The position numbers were made by a program, and so were the translations under genes. Shown here in pieces: positions 23,916-36,042 of a DNA stretch of 64,000 nucleotides. The stretch covers positions 1,054,001 through 1,118,000 of the forward strand of contig OX337239.1 of the NCBI GenBank assembly GCA_946965045.2, read 5' to 3'. Below the pieces are notes generated by a model, which did no database searches, had not been told where the DNA came from, and worked only from the letters and a program-made list of their open reading frames with translations. This DNA is from Epithemia pelagica (Eukaryota; Protista; Bacillariophyta). Position 1 is the stretch's first letter. Every line of letters begins with the position of its first letter.

Positions 23916-24943
23916 TACAAAGATCAACCATTCAGGACATTTGTACTGCAAGAGAAAGGAAGGAACAAATAAGAAAGCAGCGTCCACAAACGAAACAAAA
24001 ACAGAAAACGATACATGATGAAGAGGTAACGAATTCAAGTGTGCCATTCCCCTTGCGCACAAGCAGCATCGTTGGAGTCGTCCATTCTCTCATGAATCCG
24101 GCATTCATGGGTGATGAATGATCGTCCAAAGGAGACAAACCAAGAGGGGGGAAGAACCAACCAAGACCGCCTACTACAAGCCCAAAATTAAGAAACAAAC
24201 AAAAAAGTAACCAGAATCCAGTCAACCAAACATTCACTCTTGTCATTGTTGTTGTTGTTGTCAGAATTACCTACAACTACAAGCAACTCCTGGGACAACA
24301 ACCTACAAACAAATTTCCCCGAAACAAAAGAGAGAATCCCAAAGTTTCGGAACTGTATGTTTTTTGTTGGGACTCACAACACACGCGTCAAAACGAAACG
24401 AACAAAACTCTGTGTTGGTCCGTACTCACACAAAGAAGAAGAAGAAAAAACGCACACGGAATTATAGAAAGCCGAATCCTAAAATGTTGATCAACTCTTA
24501 CTGTAATGAAGTGGAATTGATTGGTCCAAACCTCTACGTGTATTTGTAAGTGAACGTATCTACCTAGTAGGGCGACCATTCGAGTTGGAGTAGGTTTCCT
24601 GTTTGCTAGATGAGGAACAAGGATGCAACGACGCTGGAGCAATTCGTTGTTGACTATCGGAAGCATGATACTCGTGTCGTACTCTCGATCCATACATCAT
24701 TGCCGGTGGAGATGAAACCATTGGAGAGGAGACACGAGATTGTGCCGGAAACGAGCATGATTTCCACTGACCTTTCTTGTTTGTGTCATTGATTTCTCCC
24801 ATCAACCCTTATCCACCTGCGACATCATGAACTCTCATGTGTCTGTGGATCGACCGTTGTTGGTGTCCTTGAGGTTTTTTCTCCATTACGCCATGCTACC
24901 CCACGTTCCAGTTGTGTATGGTTGTATTTGTTGGTTCTGATTG

Positions 24944-26491
24944 TTATTTTCCAAACCGTCGTTGTCGTTGTGTGGCATAGGTTCGGACAATCCGCACCAA
25001 ATCGTGTCGTTGCAATTCGGGCCAGGTTTTTGGGACAAAAAAGAGTTCGGTATAGGCCAATTGCCACAACAAGAAATTACTCAATCGAACTTCTCCCGAC
25101 GTTCGAATCAACAGATCCGGGTCGGGGACAGCCTCTGAGGAATCGTGGTGGTTGGTGGTGGTGGCATTCTCGTTTTGGTTGGGCGATGATCCTGTGAACC
25201 AGGAATGGGAGAGTTGGGTCAGGCGTTGCGCAAAGACCGATTCGGATATGTCCTCGGGAGTCATGACGGATGATGGACGACAACAGTCGTGTGCCAAGGC
25301 TTGACAGGTTTGGACAATTTCTTGTCGACTTCCATAGGACAAGCAAATGCGCAATCGCAATCCTCCCCGGCCCTGTTGGGTGTTGTCTTGCGTAGCGGTT
25401 TGCAATTCCCGCATGGCCCGTCGTACGGGGGCCGGCAACAAGTAGGGATCCGTCACGAGAAATTCCACTTGTACCGAGGGTGGTTGTTTTTGTTTGGATC
25501 GTGGTTGTTTGGATCGTGGCGCCTCCTCATTCTTGTCGTCCTTGTCGTCGTCTGCCGGTGTCACGGATGCTGGTTGATATTCGTGTTGCAAGGCTTTACA
25601 TTGTTGGACAAAGAGGGTCATGAGATGGGAGACTTCGGTGGGACTCCGATGCCAATTTTCCGTCGAAAAGGCATAAAGGGTGACCATGGGAATACCCGCT
25701 TCCAAACACCATTGACAAAAGGTTCGAACTTGTTGGGCACCGGCCACATGACCCGACAAGGCCAGGGACATGGAGGAGGACGACAATGAGTGGTGGTCGT
25801 CGTCATGTTGTGGTGATTGCGATTGTGGATGTTGTCGACGGCCATAACGTCGATTGCCATCCATAATGACGGCAATGTGACGAGGACAGGACGATGGAGG
25901 TGGAAAGTCGGCTTGCTCGTCGTCAGTGTCTTGATTCTTGTCGAGGAGGAGGATGTTGGCAGGTTGGTTCCTCACAGCAGTCTCCTTGTCCTGTTCCTCC
26001 TTTTGGAGGAGGCCGGTCGATTCCTCCGGTTGGATTAGAGTGTTGGTCGTACTCCACGAAGAAGACGAAGACGGTGCAAACAAGAGATAGCCCAACAAGA
26101 GACCAACACTCAATGGAAGGAGTACCAAGAGTGTGGTTTGTGCCCCATAGGTATGTGCCATTCGCAAGACAATGAGTTTGATCCATTTCAAGACTTTGGA
26201 CAGTAACGCCACGGGACACTCCGTCTCCGCGGCGGATTGGTCCAATGCAGCTGCTCCTGTTGTTAAACAACAAGAGGGCAGTGGTGCTGCTGCTTGTTGT
26301 GTCTGCTTGGTGGTATCGTAATAGGGATGACATCCATCCATGAGTAACAAACTAAAATTGTTGACCATCTTGTCATACAACTCCTTGGTGGTGGTGGTGG
26401 TTGTATCTGCGGGGGGCGGAGACGAATACCCATTATACTCTTGTGGATGAGTTCCAGATACCACCATGGAAAACCAATTGGTCAGAGGTTC

Positions 26492-26559
<68 letters not shown>

Positions 26560-26584
26560 CTTGTTGCAATATCATCATCATCAT
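24944..26584 (-). CDS. cis-prenyltransferase (UPPS/DHDDS family) with N-terminal polyQ and a TM helix
   Basis: All five cis-PT regions are present: 'HIAVIMDGNRRY', 'GHVAG', 'TLYAFSTENWHR', 'LSYGSRQEI' and 'PDLLIRTSGEVRLSNFLLWQLAYTELFF..KTWPEL'. C-terminus 'RQRRFGK'. The first ATG is at 26584; the frame is open to 26794. Confidence 0.92.
26492..26559 (+). repeat. (TTG)~22 microsatellite encoding polyQ in the cis-prenyltransferase
   Basis: Perfect trinucleotide run that reads CAA on the coding strand. Confidence 0.95.
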
Positions 26585-27083
26585 GGTCCTCGTTTGCTTG
26601 GCTGTATTGGCTCTATCTGGACAATATTCGGCCCAAGAAACACGCGACGTGTCGTCATTGTCTGTCCATGGTCCTCGATCATAACGCGACCCAAGTGCTC
26701 TACTGAAAAAGCGACCTAAATGCTTGCAGTCTCCACAGACTGAGTCCCATTTCTCAATGTCTGACTCCCGGGAGGGTCTTTGATTAGTACACAAAAGTCC
26801 GTAGTGAAAGGGGCAAGACTGACTACACTAGAATGACAGCTGTTTTCTACTATGGTCACTTTTTGTTGGCATTGGTTTTTCGTCCCACGCACAAAGAAAG
26901 ATCGAAAATCTTTTGGCTCATCTCATCGAGAGGAGGAATCTTGGGTCTGTAATAAGCACACGCTGTTGTTGTTGCTTCGTTTGACTTGTGTGCGTTGTCG
27001 CTCTGGTCATCCTCTCCAGTTCTGGACGAGTGCATTTGACCGATTCGCAAAATCCATTCCAACAACGTGTGTTCATCATCATC

Positions 27084-29653
27084 ATGTCGTCCAATGGATA
27101 CGAACCCATTCCCGATGTGGAAGCTCCGAGCAGCACCACTACGACCAAGCCGCCGACGACGGCCGCCGACTATGAAAATCTTCCCGAGGATCAAGGCCAA
27201 CTCATGGCCAATTTTGATGCGGCCGCTGCCACGGCCAATTTGGACTCTGACATGCCAGCCTTGGTAGACCAAGATGAATTGGTGACGCAAGGCAGTTCCA
27301 TGCTGCAAAGCATGATTCAACCAACGGTCGCGTCCCTCTGTACCATGGCGACGGGTTTGTTGTTGAATTATCAAGCCCACTACAGTAGTGCCTCTTTCCC
27401 TATCTCAATGCCGTGATTCAATTTGGGGTAACGATGCAACCCATTCAACAACGGTTGCAAAAATCGGTCCAACTCGTCTTTGACAAAAAGGACACAACCG
27501 AAGATTAAATTCAAGAGGGCTTTGATTCCTTGACGAAACGAGTCGATACGACGGTCGATACCTTGCAAGAACAAGTCGTGAGTGCCTTGGATCCCATTCG
27601 TCCCACCTTGGATCAAGCCAGTGCGCAAATGGCACCCCTGAAACGATTGGATCCCAACTTGGAAGATATTCCCGATGTGAGTGACTTGGATGCCGAATTT
27701 GATGAAGCCCAAGGCAAGGTGGCGGCGCGGGTTGCCGAGGCCAAGAATCAAGTGGCAGATTTGGATCAATATACACCCAAACTCTTGCATTCGGCCCAAA
27801 ACTTTTATTGTCAAGTCATTCTTCCCATTCTCGTCCTGGCCCTGGTCCTCCAATTGACCATGGCCTTTGTCACCATTCATGCCACACAAATTCAACAAGA
27901 ACAACAACAACAACCGGAAGCAACGGCAGCGTCCATCGTGACTGACTTGGAGGACCAGAATCGTCGTCTTGGTCGTACCGCGTATTTGAGACACGTGACT
28001 GCTCCAGTAGCAGTCGCGTCGTCGTCCTCGTCCTCGTCATCCTTTGGTTTGCCCCGGCCCGAATCGTTTGGGAAACGGTCCCTGGCAGAAGAAGAAGGAC
28101 AACCACCACAAGTCGATACGGCCTTTCCCACTCCCTTGAACGATCAAATCACGGATGCCGTGACCAAGGAACAAGCCTCTGCTCAAGTCGATGCGGCCAA
28201 AGAAGAAGCCTCTGCTCAAGTTGATGCCGCAAAGGTAGAAGCCTCTGCTCAAGTCGATGCGGCCAAAGAAGAAGCCTCTGCTCAAGTTGATGCTGCCAAA
28301 GAGCAAGTCGTAGATCAAGTTGATGCTGCCAAGGAACAAGCTTCTGTTCAAGTTGATGCTGCCAAAGAGCAAGTCTCGGATCAAGTTGATGCTGCCAAAG
28401 AGCAAGTCGTAGATCAAGTTGATGCTGCCAAAGAGCAAGTCTCGGATCAAGTTGATGCTGCCAAAGAGCAAGTCGCGGATCAAGTCGATGCTGCCAAAGA
28501 GCAAGTCGCGGATCAAGTCGATGCTGCCAAGGAACAAGCCTCTGCTCAAGTTGATGCCGCAAAGGAACAAGCCTCTGCTCAAGTTGATGCCGCAAAGGAA
28601 CAAGCGCAAGCTGCTGCTGATCAAGTTTCGGACCAAGTTGATGCTGCGAAGGAACAAGCATCGGCGCAAGTTGATGCCGCAAAGGAACAAGCATCGGCGC
28701 AAGTTGATGCCGCAAAGGAACAAGCATCGGCGCAAGTTGATGCCGCAAAGGAACAGGCACAAGCTGCTGCTGATCAAGTTTCGGACCAAGTGGATGCTGC
28801 CAAGGAACAAGCCACGGCGCAAGTCGATGCCGCAAAGGAACAGGCACAAGCTGCTGCCGACCAAGCCACAGCGCAAGTCGATGCGGCAAAACAGCAAGCC
28901 GCAGACGAAGCCGCCAAACTGGAGGCTCAAGCCACGGCTGCCAAAGACGAAGCGGTCGCACAAGCGCAACAAGTCGCCGATCAAGTCAATGGCCAAGTCA
29001 ATGCCGCCAAGGAGCAAGCTACGGCGCAGTTGGATGCCGCCAAAGAAGAGGTGGCCAAGATTCAAGCTCAGGCGGATGCCACCAAGGCAGCGGCCGAAGC
29101 CAAGGTGGCCGAGGTCCAACAACAGTATGATGCATTCCACAAGGATTTGGATGACAAATTGGCCACGGACGTCAAACCAATTATTACCAGTGTCATTGTG
29201 TCCTACCTCCTTTCATTTTTACAACTTGCCTTGGTCTTTCTACTCACCAGCCCCAAGGTGAAGGCGTGGGTCGTGAACAAAATGGTCTCGGCCGCCAAGG
29301 ACGATGCCACGCGTCGATTGCGGGCTACTGGTGTACCGGATATGCTCCACGACGTGTTGGTCGTTCGCATGGGCAAGATCAAAAATCGTTTGCTCAAACT
29401 GTTTACCGTCGTGGCAAAGATTCAAACACTATTGGATCGACTCCAAGGAGTCAAGGGTGTGGGCAAGGCGGCCGAAAAAGTTTCCGGTGTCATGTCCAGT
29501 TTGACGGGCAGTGGTGGTGGCAGTGCCGCGGTGGACAAAAAGGTAGAAAAGGTTACCGGTGCCGTATCCGGATTTGTCGGTGGATTGGGCGGCAGCACTG
29601 ATGATGACAGTAAGAAAAAGTTTGGTGGATTTGGACGCTTTGGACGAAAATAG
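27084..29653 (+). CDS. Membrane protein with LEA/apolipoprotein-like 11-mer repeats; 5' junction unresolved
   Basis: An N-terminal ORF from ATG 27084 precedes the long ORF 27530-29653, which has two hydrophobic segments flanking 22 'QVDAAKEQ(A/V)xx'-type repeats. The two ORFs are joined either by a weak intron 27385-27515 or interrupted by a frameshift plus a TAA. Confidence 0.7.
28169..29049 (+). repeat. 33-bp coding tandem repeat (11-aa unit), including three 54-bp (18-aa) variants
   Basis: Unit of the form GAACAAGCCTCTGCTCAAGTTGATGCCGCAAAG; 20 VDAAK plus one VNAAK and one LDAAK. Confidence 0.95.
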
Positions 29654-30026
29654 ACAAGAAATAATACAAATATACAGTCATATACATTGACGAAATCCAT
29701 CCCTTTCTTTTGTTCAGTACTATGGACGATTCCCCTCGTTTGACAAGAGACAAGGGCGAGGTTCCCAGGATGCACTCTGCCACAGCAAACGATCGTATTT
29801 ATCATCTTCTTGAGTGAAAGCAAAAACCAATTCCTTCTAGAGTGTTGGAAACTACCGTAATTACGGTAGACTAGGAACCGAACCTAAGACCCATACAAAC
29901 GCCATAAAAACATGAACGAACTCATTTAAAGTTCGCCGAGTAGAGATGAAGGAATATGCACTACAAATATCCGAACGAAGGGTTCGTTCGTTCCGAATCT
30001 CCGTATTATGAAAAGTCCCATTGATT

Positions 30027-32288
30027 TCAATGGTGCGGCATGCCTGCCTCACCAGCAGCTTCACTGGCACCCCCGGGGAACGAGGCCGAAGGCGGCGACA
30101 AGGCCATGTGAGTGTCTTGTTCTGGTTGCTGTTGCATTTGGGGAATCTCAACCATGGTATCTTCGTCGCCGCTGCTGTCCAAGAGCATGTAATCCGATAT
30201 GATACCTCGCACTTGATCCTTCAAGACGGCACGAGACCTCTTGTAGTGCCAAATTCCGACGAGGGCGGTTACTGCCACAAGGCCGAGAATGGAGGAAAGA
30301 AACATCAATACCGAGACTCCCTGGTTGGTACTTGATTTTCCACCATTGCGAAACTTGGTGCTATGTTGGACGGCGGCTTCTCGGAGCAAGGAGTCGGGAC
30401 ACACACCATTGTTGGCCACGCAGCCACTGAAATCAGTGCATTCCAAAGAACCGCATCGGTGACACAATCGACGTTCATGGGAATCTTTGGGCATTTCGGA
30501 ATACTTGAGGTGATTGCACACGACTTGGAAGAGTGCATCGCCCGTTAGGGGTCGCACGTCAAAGGGTGCACGATCTACATTGATGGTGGGCAACACATGG
30601 ATTCCATAGTGCCTCTGAACTTCCAATTCTTCCTCCAATAAGCGATTGATCCCCTTGCCTTCCAGTCCACCGGAATGTTTCATGCAATTATTAACAGCAG
30701 TTTCGTCAATTCCAACTTTCTTGTAGATTTGCTTGGCACATTGACTATCATGGAACCGTTGGTCCGGTAGGCAGTTTTCATAGAATTCCTGAATATACCG
30801 CCACCAAAAAACTCCTTTTCCGGTCCCATCGTCTTGGGACCAGATACAGAGTTGCCGCAAGGACTCTGTCACCACGTCGGCTCCCGTCACTCGGTGGTAA
30901 CTCTCATCCTCATCATCGGGATCAATGGCGCAATACCGACCTTGGTTGGTACACAAATTAAAGCAATTGCTCTTGTGCGACTGTTCATTCTCCATTTGTT
31001 CCGATTCCTGGCAGCCCGTCTTGACGCCATCAATCAAGGACATGTGCAAGGTAAAGTTCAAGTGTTTGGAAAATGCCAAGGCCACTGGTTGGAATCGGGT
31101 GATCAAATTGACCGACATGGTGTCTGCCGGATTCATCCACAATTCCAAGTCTACCGTAGAGGATTCCAGGCGATACCCAGCCGGACTGAAACCGGGAGCC
31201 GTTTCCGTTTGCGGTGGATACTGCATTTCGACCTGTATCGTTTGATTGCCTTGCATAATGGTCCGCTTAAACAGATCGGCATCGCGTTTCCAAAGTAAGA
31301 CACTGGGAATGGTAATGTCATGACCCCCACTCCCATCGTTGCGCATAATAGGTTCTCGTCTGCAGGTAATCCATGTATGAACAGCAACATAGTAGATGTA
31401 TAGACACATGTATGAACAGCAACATAGTAGATGTATAGACACAAACACAAGATGCACACACATGAGAACGGGCATGGTTTGACGACAGAACGACAAAGAC
31501 AGTACAGAGACCAGTGTTCGTACCTTTGACAGGCAAGGGTTGGGTCGGCTTCTCCTTGCTCTTCCCATTCCTCCAGACAGGCATAATCCTTACAGACACA
31601 TTTAGTGTCAGCAATAATGACACCCGCCGCACCCATGTGTTGAGCATTGCGAACCTGAGAGGAAAGAAAACGAAAAAGTACAGAATCAAGTATGAGAAAA
31701 ATAGACCAGCAACAAACAAGCGGCAAACGACACAAGGAAATGGGTGTACGCTCGTTCTTTCGATAGCAAAAGCAAACCCAAACATACCTTTCGGACAAAG
31801 TTGCATTCGCCTCCACGGTTGACCATGAGGAGAAAGGGATGTGAGGAATCAAAGGGCTTTGTTGGATAGTACTGAATGGGTGGTGATAATCGATCGTCTT
31901 GAGGATTGCAAAAGTCCGAGTCCGCATAGTACAAGGGTTGTATAATGGATCGCCCATGAACCCGTTTACCAAACATGGCTTCTTCGTGGTTGAATCCCTG
32001 TGGACTGACACGGCGCAAGGATTCTGGTGACTACATAGAGAGACAAGTTGCACGGAAAGGAAAAATGAGATCCACGCATCGTCAAAGAACACAATAGCAG
32101 ACACGAGAGGTCGATTAGAATATGTTGCTCAAGTGACATCCCAAAACCAGTACGGCCACCCCAAAACTTACATGGACAATCAAGCGACTATTGGCAAGGA
32201 CAGTCGTAGATGACATGAGACAAATCATGCATACGAAGTAGACCGGGCTGGTCCTCCAGTGGCACGAAGAAGGACTTTTGGATGCCAT
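30027..32288 (-). CDS. VSR: VSR-like protein, paralogue 4 (~607 aa)
   Basis: Exons 32288-32172, 32030-31788, 31654-31524 and 31359-30027. Motifs 'NRGGECNFVRKVRNAQHMGAAGVIIAD', 'MRNDGSGGHDITIPS' and 'CTNQGRYCAIDPD'; TM helix; tail 'DYMLL'. Confidence 0.88.
31372..31441 (+). repeat. Perfect 35-bp tandem duplication inside intron 3 of VSR paralogue 4
   Basis: CATGTATGAACAGCAACATAGTAGATGTATAGACA at 31372-31406 and 31407-31441. Confidence 0.95.
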
Positions 32289-33012
32289 GCTTCGTCAAGC
32301 GGTGATACGTGATTTGGGTTGGGAATCAACGCAGCAATCGAAGGAGGTGCGAGCAACTGCGGAGGAGCGTGAGCTTCCTTCTGCGGATGCGAGAAACAAG
32401 GGTGATGAAGACTCAATGGAATTGGCAATGGAAAGGAGCAGTCGTTGCGTAATGGAGTTTAGAATGCGAGAATAATGAGAAACGAGGTACTACTATGAAT
32501 GAGAATATTCCCGAAAAGATACACTCAGACGAAATGTCATTATCGAATTTCGAATTTCAAAAAATGGCCTTGTCTTCTGTCTTCGGTCTTCGCATGCAAT
32601 CCACGCGACACTGCCACATCATAGAAACTGGAAAGGCATAGAATTACTCCTTCCCCAGACTTCGAGGGAACACAGCTCGAACAGAAAAGACACACACAAT
32701 CGACATCACGGACGGTGACTCTTCGAGTCACGAACGGATATCCATTCCCAGTAAGGCTCTTCCGAATCAGATGTCTGACACCTTCCGTTGAGCGTTAAAT
32801 TTGTTAACTCTTGTGATCATCATCCGGTCGTGCTATGACTTGATTCGCACGCCGGCTCTCTTGCGAACCTCCATTTAAACCCTTCATCACAATCTCTCCG
32901 CCCTCACAAAATGCAAAACGCGACACACAAATCCTGCGTGAACCAGCATCTGTCTCCCAATCACATCCTCTTGACCTTTGGTTCATAAAATAGAACCTTC
33001 CGAGTCGAAAAC

Positions 33013-35292
33013 ATGGGATTGATCTCGTCGAACACGAAGATGAGTGCGACAGGCAAGTTAAGTTTCCTTTTCCTATGGCTGACGATTGGAACATGTCAAG
33101 CTATAGTGTCCGTGTCAACCAAACTACGAGTTCACGTAAGTACTGATGCTGCATTGCGTGAAATGGCAAAAGGAGAAATAATGCATGTTTCCTCATTTCA
33201 ATTTGTTCGATGTTGTCTTTGTCTTACTTCGCTCGACGTACTTTGGTGCACCATCGTCAACCCTCTGTTCGACCTACACCCACACACAATGATTCTATAT
33301 TCCTGGCTCAGCTTCCCGTGTCTCTGAGCCTTCACAACTCGTCCATGCCCTATTATGACCACCGCGAAGCCAATTTTGGTGCCCCACCGTCGGGTGGATC
33401 CCTGACGGCTCCCCTGTACTATGCCGATTCTACCTTTTGCAAGTCGCCCACTCATGATGTCCACGGCCATTCCATTGCGTACCATCCCTCGTCTCCGGTG
33501 CAAGCCTCCCTGAATAGTCGTGTGCCCTTTATTCTCATGGTGAATCGGGGAGACTGTCACTTTGTACAAAAGGTATGTCGACTCCCAGAAAAGCTGGGAT
33601 GTTTGTTGATGTGGAATTCGTAGTGTCCATGCATTACACCTAAATACTCATCCCTTTTTATTCGTTCTACGCACGTCAAGGTTCGCAATGCTCAACATTT
33701 GGGTGCTGCAGGAGTATTGATTGCTGATGATAAGTGTCTGTGTACGGATCCCACATGCCACCACACACCGGGTGCCTCTTGTGAAATGTACGTTGTCCTC
33801 AGCTGGCTCTTGCGTCCACCAAAGTTTTGCTTCGTGAATCCTGCCATGTATCTTATTACCATTCTCGTTTTTGTACCAATCATCATGCATTAGGGTTGAG
33901 CCCAGTATGGCCGATGACGGCAGTGGAAGAGATATTACAATTCCCAGTTTCTTGTTGTTCAAGCACGATGCTGACGTGTTTAAGCAAACAATTATCGATA
34001 CTGGTACACCAATGCGGATTGAAATGTCCTTTCCCTCGGCCTCGCTGACCTACCAAGACGACGAACCATACATGCCTGCCGACTCTTGGCGCGAGTCCAA
34101 CCCAGACGAACGACATGGACACATTCCCGTTGATTTGTGGATGTCCCCCTTTGACTATCATTCCAAGTTCTTTCTTCGTCATTTCCGATCCATGGCCGAT
34201 GCCTTTGAGAGTTGCATTGCGTTTAAACCGCACATGTATATTATTGACGGTGAATACAGTGCCTGCGTAGGGCGGGCAAAGCAGTATGAGTACAGCCACA
34301 TTAGTGGAACTGCAGAAGAAAATGAAGAAGAAGAGGAACAGGACTGGACGAATTTGCCCTGTTACAATCTCTGCACCAACGGTGGACGATACTGTGCTGG
34401 AGATCCCGATGGCACTCTTGGCAATGGCATTACGGGAGGGGACGTGGTAGCTGAATCGCTTCGTGAATTGTGCATCTGGTCCTATTACGGTCCCAGTTCT
34501 GACCCAAAGGGTAATGGTGAACTCGACCGACGTGGAGAACACTTGTGGTGGAACTATATCGCCAACTTTATCGACGGATGCGAAGAGGCTGCCAAGACGT
34601 CAAGACACGAGCTTGAATTGTGTGCCAATGAAGCAATGAAGAAAGCGGGAATTGACAAGGACGTTGTGGACCAATGTATTTCGAATTCGGGTGGACTGAC
34701 CACCAGTGACCATAACAATAAACTGGACACAGAAGTTGCGCTTCAACGGAAGGAAAATATTTTCATGCTACCTACACTGCGTGTTCATGGCCGAAACTTT
34801 GATCGCAGTCTGGAGGAACTCTTTCATAATATTTGCAACATGTGTGGTCTTGAACAGTCACCGGGAGTCTGTCGTTCCTGTGCTTATTGTCCGGATATCG
34901 CGGGTTGTGTGGCCCACGGCGGCAAGTGCCCCAGTGGAGTCACGACGACAACCATCTCGGGGACCGTTTCCTCCTCCAAGAAGAGTTCTGATAATCATCA
35001 CACGTTTTTTGACAGCAGAAATTCGAAACCAACGGGTGTTTCCCTGTCGACATTTCTTTCTTCCTTCTTTATCGTGACGGCTTTGATGCTGCTTGCGGGA
35101 TTTGTCCACTACAAACGTACGCGGCACGAAGCGAGAGAACACATTCGCTCCATTTTGGCTGACTACATGCCACTGACGGACGACGGCAATGCTTTCCCTG
35201 ACACCAGTGTTCACGGAAGGTTTCCAGGGGCGATGTGGACGATAGACGATACAACATACAGGTTCAACGAAAGTATATGTCTTGACTCTTGA
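33013..35292 (+). CDS. VSR: VSR-like protein, paralogue 5 (~629 aa)
   Basis: Exons 33013-33135, 33312-33572, 33681-33787 and 33894-35292. Motifs 'EANFGAPPSGGS', 'NRGDCHFVQKVRNAQHLGAAGVLIADD', 'MADDGSGRDITIPSFL' and 'CTNGGRYCAGDPDG'; TM helix; tail 'DYMPL'. Confidence 0.9.
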
Positions 35293-36042
35293 CCGCTGGA
35301 GCAGAATGGAAAGAATTTTAAAGATCCAGGTGTGTACTGCACGGGACGATGAAAGTGCCGAACATTGACGTGGAATTAGAAAGAAAGCACTCCTTGGCCA
35401 AACATACACCATAGCTAGCAACAACGCCTGCAGTCCGCATACTTGTGTAGAAGGAAGTGTGTCCGCATCATAGTTTGATAGTTGGGTGAAGGGCAAACCC
35501 AGCCAATCTGGGTGTTCGTGATTCCAACTTCGTTGAAGACTAGGATCCTGATCCATTCTGTCCGTCTTAGAGATGGTCGAGTCTCGGTTCGAGTTGTTTA
35601 ATAGAATTGGCAGCGAATCGGTACATTGCCTACTCATCGTCGTTACTAATAGGAAAGTTCCAAGACTGCGATTCTTCACCGTCAAGAACCGGTCCATGGT
35701 GTACCCAAACTTTCGGGATGTACGACATTTGCTCGTAACACGCCCTTGGTTGTCTTTTGAACTGCGACCCAGAATACCACAACAACCGCTACGACTGCGC
35801 CAGGGCAGTCGATCGAGTGTGTCTTGCTGGGACTGCCGCGGCAGCGCAAACAGACTATCCCGACAAACACTACGAATGTAAGGAGCAACGCAAGGAGCCA
35901 GAAGGCGATGGACGCACCATGCCCACTCTTACTTTCATCGCAAATTATTGCGTACAGTCTCTTGGTACGAAGCGGTCGAGTACCAGTGCAATGAGCAATA
36001 TTCTTACTATTCCATGAAATATCGTCGCAGTTTCCATCCACA

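Noticed and set aside
28169-29049. CRISPR-like array
   Set aside because: The 33-bp units are contiguous in-frame coding repeats without unique spacers, in a eukaryotic gene.
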